Notes under the pieces: generated by a model
What the model was told of the DNA's origin: nothing
Database searches by the model: none
Seen by the model: the letters and a program-made list of their open reading frames with translations, nothing else
Source: Takakia lepidozioides
Lineage: Eukaryota > Plantae > Bryophyta
NCBI GenBank assembly: GCA_030704615.1
Contig: CM060731.1
Location: 24,304,001 to 24,368,000, forward strand
Direction: 5' to 3'
Length of the DNA: 64,000 bases
Translations under genes and position numbers: made by a program
Shown here: positions 11,540 through 21,287 of the stretch, piece by piece
Layout: every line of letters starts with the position of its first letter
Position numbering within the stretch: the first letter of the stretch is position 1

Positions 11540-14023
11540 TTGAGGGCTTACAGGAACTGCTTTGCCTTCAGTTTGAAGGACTTGGGAGCACTGAAGGGTC
11601 AAGAGATTTGCATTGAATTGGCCACTGACACGCCAATCTTTCGGAGACCCTATAGATACAGTGACATGGAGAGGTCCTTCATTCAGATGAGGACTCAGGA
11701 CCTCTGGGAGGCTGGTTTGGTGGAGCTATCTGGTGGAGAGTATGCTTCAGCCACAGTGATGCCAGCCAAGAAGGATGTCTATGGCAATTGGACGGAGAGA
11801 CGTATGTGCGGTGATTACCGGCCTATAAATCGTCAGACCAAGTCCAATAGGTATGTCATGCCAACACCAAAGGAGATCTTTGATGCCATTGGGCATGCTA
11901 AGGTCTTTAGCACTTTGGATTTACGATCCGGATATCACCAGTTGCCGATCAAGGAGGCGGATAAGCAGAAGACAACATTCTGGGGGATCAATGAGCATGA
12001 GAAGGATTGCCTATACCAGTGGCGGTTCTTACCATTTGGGCTTAAGAACGCTCCTGCAGAGTTTCAGAGAGTCATGGACAGGATTCTAGCAGGGGTGGAG
12101 TTTGCTCGGTGCTACATAGATGACATCATCATCTTTAGTGCTACGGTGGAGGAGCATGAGAGACACCTTCAGGTGGTATTTGAGCGCTTGAGGGCGCACG
12201 GATTGAAGTTACATCCGGGGAAGTGCAAGTTTTTCCACAACCAGATTGAGTATCTGGGTCACACGATATATCCTGGAGGATTGGGGGTACAACAGACTAA
12301 GGTAGAGGCCATTGCACAGATTCCACGCCCCACGGATGTGAGCCGAGTTCGAGCTTTCATGGGGTTGGCAAACTATTATAGACGGTTTGTCAAGGGATTT
12401 AGTGCCATTGCAAAGGCTCTAACCAAGCTGACCAAGGTGGACCAGGAGTGGCAGTGGGAAGATGAGCAAGAACGAGCTTTCCAAGAGCTCAAGGCGACGT
12501 TGACCTCGGCGCCCATCTTGAGACGACCTAGCAGGGGGCGTCATTTTCAGCTACATACAGATTGGAGCATGTTGGGGCTTGGAGCGGTGCTCACACAAGT
12601 GGATGATGAGGGAAGAGAGTTCGTAGTTGCTTATGTTAGCCGCTCGAACAACGCTGCAAAGGCTAAGTATAGCTCATATGAGGGAGAGTGCTTAGCTGCA
12701 GTGTGGGCCGTGGCACACTTCAAGTGCTATCTATACGGCAATCTCTTCACCCTTGTCACGGATCACCAGCCACTCAAGTGGTTGATGGAGTCAGACACGG
12801 GGAAGCTTGCACGGTGGGCACTCATACTTCAAGAGTATGACTTTCAAGTTGTGCATCGACCGGGTTTGGTCAATCGGAATGCGGATGGGTTGAGTTGCAA
12901 TCCATGCACGAGCCAGCAGGATGACACTGGAGCTCGGTGGCATGGTGAGACGGACGAGGAGATGGTGCCCGGATGGCATGCATTTGCATTTCTGTGTATC
13001 TTGGCAGCAGAAGGCCAGGTTGGACCTACAACAGGGATGACTGTAGACCGAGTGTCTGAGGACCCTGAGGCCAACAATGAGCAAGGTGGCGCCAAAGATA
13101 TACATGAGGATTCAGCTGTGTTGGACTATCTCCGCACTGGAGACACGACAGCCATTGTGACTGCCAAGGAGAGAGATCGGATCCTACAACGAGCCAAGAG
13201 GTTCAAGTGGGAGGGGACACACCTGCTCCGAGTGTGGGAGGATGGTCGAGTGAGGATTGTGCCTCACCCAACACAGCGGGCATGGTTAGTGCGACATGCC
13301 CATGAGGAGTTGGGGCATTTTGGGGTGCGACGCACTCATAGTCTACTGCAGTGGCAGTATTGGTGGCGTGGTATGTACACAGAGGTGCAACAATTTGTGG
13401 CTAGGTGCATGGTGTGTGACAGGGTGCGTGCTTCATTCAACGCCCCTACACCACAATTGCACCCTCTTTCGATCATGGGATTGGGCTACAGGTGGAGTCT
13501 AGACTTCGCAGGGCCATTGCCACTGACCATGCGCCACAACAAGTACGTGTTGGTGATGGTGGAGAACTTCTCCAAGTGGATCGAATTGGTTCCATTGCCT
13601 GATAAGGCTAGTGAGGGGGCTGCGTATGCATTCTTGGATCGTGTACTTAGCCGATTCAGTGCTCCAGCTGAGGTACTCACGGACCAAGGGAGAGAGTTCT
13701 TGGGGGAGTTTCAGGCATTGTGTGACAAAGCCTTGATAGACCACCGCACTACTTCTCGGGATCATCCTGAGGCCGATGGCTTGGCAAAGAGGGTTGTTCA
13801 GACAGTGAAGAGGGGTTTGCGCAAGTATGGCTTGCAGAAGGGACACCTAGGAGATTGGGACCTTCAGTTACCCTGGTTAGCCATGGGCTACAGGTTTAGC
13901 AAGCAAGCATCATTTGCCTCGTTCTCACCTTATTTCCTTCTCTTTGGCCGAGAGCCAGACTTGCCTACATCTATTTGCATGGAGGCTGCAATAGTCCTCA
14001 ATCTTGACGATCCGGACGTGTAG
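11540..14023 (+). pseudogene. Reverse transcriptase - RNase H - DDE integrase
   Basis: [20 protein letters not shown]; TDWS...NADGLS; HEELGH...CMVC zinc finger; LDFAGP, TDQGREF integrase core. Confidence 0.95.
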
Positions 14024-14050
14024 GCACGTGCATGTGGTCAGCGCACGGAG

Positions 14051-14542
14051 TTGTTTAAGAAAGTCATGCCCATGGCTTTCGAGAACCTTGCCATTGCACA
14101 ACATCATGATACGTTGAGGTATGCTACCATACGTGGTGGGGACTATCGTCCTAGGGTTTGGAGATTTCACCCTGGTGACTATGTTTATCTACAGCAAACT
14201 GCTCCAACGACCCTGGATGTGACTGCAGGACGTGTTATTTTGAGGGTTCGAGAGGTATTGCCCTCAGGCGTCTTGATCTTGGAGGGTCGGGATGGCATGA
14301 CTTGGAAGGGCCATGTGCGTAACTGCGCGCCATGTCACCTTCCGAATGTCGATGGCAGGATTGACCCAAACCTGGCAGTGGTACCTGCAAGTTTGAGGTG
14401 CATGTTGTGTGGGTCTGCTAGAGGGGCAGCCACCATGCTGGTGTGTGATCAATGCTCAAGAGGTTGGCATATGGGATGCTTGACTCCACCTCTTGAGATG
14501 GTTCCTGATGGGGATTGGTTATGTCCGCATTGCATTGGATAG
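14051..14542 (+). pseudogene. Integrase C-terminus with PHD finger
   Basis: CMLC...VCDQC...HMGC...WLCPHC (C4HC3) at 14399-14535, in frame with integrase across a single TAG at 14021. Confidence 0.92.
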
Positions 14543-14788
14543 TGAGAGTGGATACAACCATGGAAGGCTAACAAGAAATGCAAGGCCAAGCTACTAGGAG
14601 ACCAACATACGAGATCATGGCTCAAGTTCACAGATTGCAAGACGGCGACTAACGATGGGGCTGCTCTTGTACCCGGCCTTTTGGTCTATAGAGTTTGAGT
14701 ACAATAGGGACAGTGATAGAGGACTTAGTACGGCTGTGGCTATTACATCTTGTAGCTATCTGGAGTTAGAGGGACCTAACCACCAGCT

Positions 14789-14798
14789 AAGGGGGCGA
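14789..14798 (+). promoter_or_regulatory. Polypurine tract
   Basis: AAGGGGGCGA followed by T and the TG that starts repeat B at 14800. Confidence 0.75.
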
Positions 14799-14799
14799 T

Positions 14800-15326
14800 T
14801 GTGGCAGACTACTTTATTGTGCATATATGTGTGGTGTGGTTTGGACAGCGATGTAGTTGTGTAGCGATACGTATGCGCACGACAGCTGTCAAGTTAAATA
14901 AACACAGTGTGAAACTAACTAGAATAAATCTAGTTATTTGTATTTAACACTTGGAATTAGTTCAAGTGTTAAGTCATGTGTCAAGTTTAGCTTGACACCT
15001 GAACCATCTTATCTTCACGAGCTCGTCAGTCGTGCGGCTCATCTCTCTCGAGTTGAGCCTGCACGACCGAGCTCCCTCGTTGCTTAGCATCTGAGTGTAC
15101 TTATGGAGGGAGAGTAGGATGTTGTGGGGTGGAGTCCCCATAGCTTGGGGTGCCCCCGGCTTGACTCTTATTTTAACGAGTGATTATATTGTATTTCGTG
15201 TTTTGTGTCAACAGCCAGTGTGAGTTTAGTTTTCATATCATTGTGGCAGACTACTTTATTGTGCATATATGTGTGGTGTGGTTTGGACAACGATGTAGTT
15301 GTGTAGCGATACGTATGCGCACAACA
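14800..15326 (+). repeat. B-A-B repeat block: full LTR (14800-15240) plus a second copy of its first 85 bp (15242-15326)
   Basis: Direct comparison of sequences. B/A junction is the palindrome GACA-GC-TGTC (14881-14890); A/B junction is CA-T-TG (15239-15243). Confidence 0.95.
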
Positions 15327-16325
15327 GCTTGAAAAATCCACCATGGGTTATTGTCATGATTTGCCAATATCTGACGGGCATTCTTCCAAATGCCACATTC
15401 TTTACAAACGAGAATTTGGCAATTGTAATCTAGTACATTAGTGTAGTATGGCCATTGGGGGGATGCTATTGTGTGAGCAGATCCCGCGAGCAGAAAATTG
15501 CGTGAGCAGAAATCTGCTCACGCTTGAGGACCTGCCTACCTATAACCGCGGACGTCCAGTCGACTTAGAAGACCTATTACTGCACAGAGTGGCCAATATC
15601 AGAAGGTCGGATATGGATGTTGCTTGGATGAATGAGGGATGAATGTCGGATGAATGTCTGTGTAACGAATGAGAGGTGGATGAATGACATAAATGAAAGA
15701 TTAGATAGTTGTTTGTAGTAGTAGCTCCCAAAAGCTCGGAGATGCATAAAACCATACTTGACTTGCTTGAAAATCAATTTATGTCGGGTGCAGTGTATAT
15801 TGCAAACTTTGAGTCCACATTGCTTTGTTGATTGAGAAGGACCACATGTCATTTTCCCAATTATACAACATTGATAGAGAGGATCACATCCAATCATAAA
15901 GAAAGCAAACAGGTGAACTCTTGGTTTTTAAACAAACCCTTCAAAAGAATCGATTCATTCGGACAAAGAAGATCCACTGCTACAGGACGCACTGTTCAGG
16001 ACGAAGGTAGAACTGTCCACAAAGACGCTAGCCCCGCTCTGCTGAAAACCATGTCTTTCATGTAGCAGAGAAGGTGGAGATGCCAGCAGACTATACTCCT
16101 TAGCCGCAGCCTCCGCATAAGCTGGCAAATGAAATTGTGCTGGAGGACTTGGAAAAAAATCTGGGTTGGCAAAGAAGGGCAGAAACCGTGGCGTCATAGG
16201 ACTCCTGCAACCACACAGTAATGAGTAAAATTGGTAAATACTCTGGAAGCTAAACTGCATCCAAACAAAGAAGCACCAAAAGGATCCGTCATGGGGTCTA
16301 TGAGTTGCCACAAAAGAACATGCAC

Positions 16326-17330
16326 TTACTCACATGAAAAATCCGAATCCACATCCAGAGCATCCGGCTCTTGCAAATCCTCCTCCTCAACAATCTTCTC
16401 AGTCTGGGTCGAATGCGAGGATCCCTCAGAGAGTGGAGCGATGACTCGAGAGTAAAGCTCCTCGTCCCCCTCAAACCCAAAAAGATGTCTTCCTGCACAC
16501 TTGCAGGCATGGAACGAAGCCTCTGTAGGATAGCGAATGAAAGCACGAAACCATGTCAAAAGCCAAAACAGGAGATGAACATGTGCAACGAAGAATGAAG
16601 AAGAGTTTTGGCATGCACCTGTGCCCATGGAGAGGTCAACCACTTTGCCACCATGCCGGCTGCATGTCTCAATGAAGGTCTGCATGAACGCGGGCGACTT
16701 CTCCCGGGCACCTCTCCATGGAATTCCTCCAGTCTTTTTCAGAGTCTGGGACGCATCCACATAGTTGTGAGCAACATCACATTCGACTGGGTCGCAATCC
16801 GGGTCTATGTGCAGACCTCCTCCCCAAATGTCGAAATGCCCAACATAAGCAGGAGTGTTGGCAGGCCGAATTCGTGACAGGCAAATGGCCTTGAACACAT
16901 GGGTATGCACTAGCAACAATGGAAATATGTCAGCAACTATGGGTATTCAACGACAACACGGACGAAGACAAATGAAAGTTATAGGAAATACCTTCTGCCC
17001 TGGAAACTCCCCCTTGGACAGAGGCAGTGTATTAACACATGTCCATATTTTGTTGATTTGGAACCCAAAGGACTTCATGTAGCTATGAAGAATCCGGCGG
17101 GATGCCATGTCGTCAGATTGAAATATCAGAAGGCCCCCTACGTCAGAGAGGAACTTGTTGCAGAAAGAGAATGCCCACTGCCAATACAGAGGGTTTTGAG
17201 CATTCCACTGTGGAGTCACAGCAGGGGGAATGATATCAAGCACAGGCTACCCATCCAGGATGTCAAGGATTACAAGGTCAGCGGCGTAAGGCTACAGGAC
17301 ACCGTTCACCCAGCATGGATTCTTCGTCAC
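16326..17330 (-). pseudogene. Spliced beta-class N4-cytosine/N6-adenine DNA methyltransferase-like gene (3' exons)
   Basis: ADLVILDILDG (degenerate DPPY-type motif IV) - WRGAREKSP (HPxxKP-like) - KVVDLSMGTG...ACKCAGRHLFGFEGDEELY (motif I and following strands). GT-AG introns at about 16991-16910 and 16618-16525; two TAG stops in the first visible exon. Confidence 0.75.
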
Positions 17331-17820
17331 CTGCCAAAAGCAAATGCAAGCGAATGAAATTGGGTAGTTGGTATACATTTAGGGAACTGGTAGTACAAAG
17401 CACTGGATGTACAAAGTACATCTTAATCCAGCAAATCCAAAACCCCACAATGTCATGAAATGGGAATCAAAGTTGAAAGATGGATGGGCATTACAAGCAC
17501 TAGTACAGATTATCGTTTTTATGACTGCAAATATCACTACATTTGCAGTGATAAGTGCGATTATAACTACATCACTGTGCAGTGACAAACACGAAGTCAG
17601 TTCTACCACTGCGGAGTGATAAGTGCGAAGTGAAGGTCGTCACTGTAGACGTGGCACCTGCCAACGACTCAGAGTGACGTGGCGTGTAGTGTTGTAGTCA
17701 TAAGTATACGACTACAAGGCTACGTGTCATGACTACACTTACGACTACGTCACTACAGATGAGCGCCAACATGGAGAGGTCTCTCCATGACACGCGTGAC
17801 CCCCCGGATGTATATGACTA

Positions 17821-19483
17821 TGTAGTGTGAATGCAGGGGAGTGACATTACATTTTGGCTTCACCGTTAAGACCCTGCATCACTATAATGGGAGGGCCCTC
17901 ATACCAACTGCAAGAGGGATATATCCCTCCATACAGGTAATTTTGTGGGCATACTGTACTCATGCGTTGCCAAAATAAAAATGGCTAAGTCGTGACCATG
18001 CATTTTTCATCCATGCGATGAACGTTTTCGTCACTGATGCTCAACCTAAAATCCGCGAGGAAGGAAGAACGAAGAGGAAGGTGACGGGCGATTCGTAGCA
18101 GCTGCCGCGAGCTGTGGTGTTGACAGGGCAGTCTGTGTTGAGAGGTTGTACCTGCGCTGTGGGACTTTGCTTGGTTTAGAGGGCAGCATTAAGTGCCTCT
18201 GCTTGGTATTCTGTGTAAAGGGAAGCGGTGCCGTCTTTCTCGTTGTGATGATCAATTCATGGAGATAGGAGCATGTAAGGAGAGCGGCGCACCACCGCTG
18301 CCGCCACTGTCTTGAAGATGACAGTTATGGGCAGATGAGCAAGCAAGGAGAACGGCCACCTGCCAGAAGCACAAGGAAGAGAATCTGAGCACAATCAATG
18401 GAGGTGATAAGGCATGTGGAGTGCTGGCTGGATGGCAACACAGGTTATCTGTAATCAGGCTTCTAGCTGCCTTTTTGTCTTCTTGCTATAGGTCCATTTC
18501 AGTTCTTAAAGAGCTACATGCATAGAAGAATAGAGCAATTTAGTTGGCAAACCACAGGATGCTCCATAGGATGATGAGGAGACATCATGGCATGATAAAC
18601 TCTGGAATCAAGACAAGGAGAAAAGGTTGTGGTGGCTGCTGACAGGCGATGGTGAGGTGCCATCTCGGCAGGCTGACCCACCGCTTCACTGGAGGATAAA
18701 AACAGATAAGTTGGTAGACTGTGGGCTTCTTCTTTGGGGTGGACTTAGAAATCGCTTTTGGTAGATTTAGGACTGCCCTGGTTGTTGAAAGGAAAGGGTG
18801 GAGACATGTGATAGAGGAAAGGTTTTTGGAAATGGAATGGAGACTCTGGACTTCAAACCAGAACATGGAAGGAATGGATACACCTGCCGTCGTAGTGTCA
18901 GTAAGAAAAATGAGTGAAGAGAGAGAGAGAGAGACTGTTGTCACAGAAAACAGAATGGTCACTGTTGTCTTCATTCTTGTTCTTGTTTCAGTGTTGTAAA
19001 CCTGCACACAATGCTGCGGGGGGGGGGGTAGTGATACACTGGACCCAATGTAGATATAGCTTGTTTGCTTGGACAGATAACTGAGGGTTAGCTGGAACTG
19101 TATGAAAACACAAAAGGGATAAGGTGTGATTTCAGCATTGTATCAGGATATGAACGACTTAAGCCCTTTTGTTGAAAGGAAAAGAGAGATGTTGGGTATT
19201 CAGGTTGAATCTGAAGAAGGGATGAGAGCTGTTTTGGGAAATGGGATCTTTTAAAGAAAGGGGTAGTGTGAAGGTTGAGTATTGACGGAGAGAAGAGAGA
19301 GAGAGAGAGATAGAGAGACTGATGAAAGGGATGGTTTTGCCTTGTGAGACCAAGGATGACTTCATGGCTGGCTGCACTGGATGCCTGGCGGAGTGTGCAT
19401 TTGCATTACGTGATAGATGGGCTGTATGTGAAGAAGTAAGGAGCCTGTAGACATAGACAGAGATAGAGAAACAGACGAGAAAA

Positions 19484-19524
<41 letters not shown>

Positions 19525-20055
19525 GCTGCTCAGCAAAAAGGGTTGATGGGGGGATGGCCAACTTGGGGAGATTGAGATGAAGAAAGCATGAATCCTGAAG
19601 GAAAACCAGTGCCCCTGCAGTTTATGAAGATCTGAGCTGTCTCCCTCTAAATCTGTGTCACCATTACAAAAAGGGATTTCCGACATGTCACTGCTCAAGG
19701 GGGTTCACATTAAGGGTCGTATTCACCGCTGCCATTGGGCTGCTTGCATCACATAAAAGATCACGCCAACACTGTTGGCGCAGTGAGCATAGGGCCAGGC
19801 TGTTGCATAGAAGTAGAACCGAGGGCAAGAACAAACCAAAGACTCCCATCCATGTCTTCTCTTCCGCTGCGGCGTGGATGAGGATTCCGCAAACTCTGAT
19901 CACGAACGAACCTGAAGGAAAAACCCATATAGCCTCATGACGATGGTTGGACAGAAAAGAGAACGCTCCTTTCCTTTGCCCTGATACTTCAACAGGGACG
20001 AGTAGGAGGAGTACAGATTTAGGATTAACCAGAAGGGGATTCACGCCCCTTCTTT
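17821..20055 (+). repeat. Left long terminal repeat (lacks a terminal CA)
   Basis: Differs from the right copy only in homopolymer/(GA)n lengths and very few substitutions; ends ...CCCCTTCTTT directly before the PBS. Confidence 0.95.
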
Positions 20056-20067
20056 TGGTATCAGAGC
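20056..20067 (+). promoter_or_regulatory. Primer-binding site, initiator tRNA-Met
   Basis: TGGTATCAGAGC, preceded by the hairpin AGAAGGGG-ATTCACG-CCCCTTCT. Confidence 0.9.
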
Positions 20068-20123
20068 AGGCCGGTCTTTGATCCGGGAAATGTAGGATTT
20101 AGTGTAGCAAGATAGGGGAGTGA

Positions 20124-21287
20124 TTGCGAGCAATGGTGACTAACATTCCATTTTACGGGAAGGAGGATGAGGAGGATGTTTGCAGCTGGATCCAGAATCT
20201 GAAAAGGGATGTTGAAATCCGGAGCTATGATAAGCACAAATTATTTGTATCGGCATGGCTGAATCTCAAGGGACGGGTAGATACTTGGCATCGTATACAA
20301 AAACCAAGGCCCATGAACTGGCATGATTTTCAAGTAGCCATAATCTTGAAATTTGGAGGAGAAGATCAATCAAGTAAGAATGAAGTGATGTTAGCAAGGA
20401 AGTTTGATGAGATAGATACCAATGTGGAAGAGTCTGTTACAGGGATGGAAGAGAAATTATCTCTGATTGAGAAGGATAAGCACAACAGGTTCACACCTGT
20501 GAGTTCTATTGATCATAAACCTATACCAGATCACAAAACAATGTCACGGAGGTGCTTTAGGGAGAAGAACCACACCAGTGAAGTCCCTGCAATGCTTCCT
20601 CGAGTTCTCAACTTGAACAAAACAAGGCAGCAAGTAGAGTGTTGCACTGCATGTCCATCAAGACAGAATCAGATCCGAAGTGAAAAGAATCACCGGCTGG
20701 GGCTGCAAATGGGAACATGTGGAATGCAAGATTCAGGCTGTGAAATGTTGGAACAATGGGAGTCGAAGAGCAGCAGAAGGATGGAATTCGAATGTGTAAG
20801 CTCTCTTGGCACAAACGTTGTGAATGTGTTTTGTGATGTGGAAGAAGAGATCTTGGAAGATATCTTTTGTTCAACAGAGAGTCAATCAGGTGTCAATGAA
20901 GAGTGTGCACCTAGATTGCAAGTTCCTGTGCAGATCCTAAGGTCTTCTACAAAGGCACATGTAGATCAAGACATGCTTGGGGAGTATGGGCATAGTGTTG
21001 CCAACTCACCAAGGATTAGTGGTACAACCTGTGAAGTGAGTGTCTTGAGAGACGAAGATGACAAGGAGTCTTGGGCAGATCTGATGGAATGGGTGGAGGA
21101 AGAGTATGGGCAGAGCGTCACCAACTCGCCAAGGATTGGTGGTACAACCTGTGAAGTGAGTGTCTTGAGAGACGAAGATGACAAGGAGTCTTGGGCAGAT
21201 CTGATGGGATGGGTAGAGGAAGAGTGTACATTGCTCGCTCAAACGAGAAAGGGTCTGGATCAAGATGCACCCTGGAATCAGACATAA
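20124..21287 (+). CDS. Gag-derived ORF (N-terminal capsid-like region) with an internal 120-bp tandem duplication
   Basis: FYGKEDEEDVCSWI...LKGRVDTWH...NWHDFQVAIILKFG resembles a retrotransposon gag N-terminus; duplication at about 20982-21225. Confidence 0.65.
   Translation: MRAMVTNIPFYGKEDEEDVCSWIQNLKRDVEIRSYDKHKLFVSAWLNLKGRVDTWHRIQKPRPMNWHDFQVAIILKFGGEDQSSKNEVMLARKFDEIDTNVEESVTGMEEKLSLIEKDKHNRFTPVSSIDHKPIPDHKTMSRRCFREKNHTSEVPAMLPRVLNLNKTRQQVECCTACPSRQNQIRSEKNHRLGLQMGTCGMQDSGCEMLEQWESKSSRRMEFECVSSLGTNVVNVFCDVEEEILEDIFCSTESQSGVNEECAPRLQVPVQILRSSTKAHVDQDMLGEYGHSVANSPRISGTTCEVSVLRDEDDKESWADLMEWVEEEYGQSVTNSPRIGGTTCEVSVLRDEDDKESWADLMGWVEEECTLLAQTRKGLDQDAPWNQT

Larger units (their letters stand above)
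3894..15326 (+). mobile_element. Ty3/gypsy-type retrotransposon with DNMT and PHD domains and split (permuted) terminal repeats A-internal-B-A-B
   Basis: gag-PR-DNMT-RT-RH-INT-PHD domain order. Repeat A at 3894-4247 and 14887-15240; repeat B at 14800-14884 and 15242-15326. Ends TG...CA; flanks ACTT (3890-3893) and GCTT (15327-15330). Confidence 0.92.

Noticed and set aside
3894-15326. DIRS/PAT/Ngaro tyrosine-recombinase retrotransposon, suggested by split direct repeats
   Set aside because: It encodes a protease and a DDE integrase, has a PPT, TG/CA ends and a probable TSD; no recombinase motif was recognised.
10165-17330. Bacterial contamination or a restriction-modification locus
   Set aside because: One MTase is in frame in a gag-pol polyprotein and the other has spliceosomal introns; no operon structure or nuclease partner.
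20030-20056. Rho-independent terminator (GC hairpin plus T run)
   Set aside because: Eukaryotic context; it sits at the U5/PBS boundary and is better read as an LTR-end stem.
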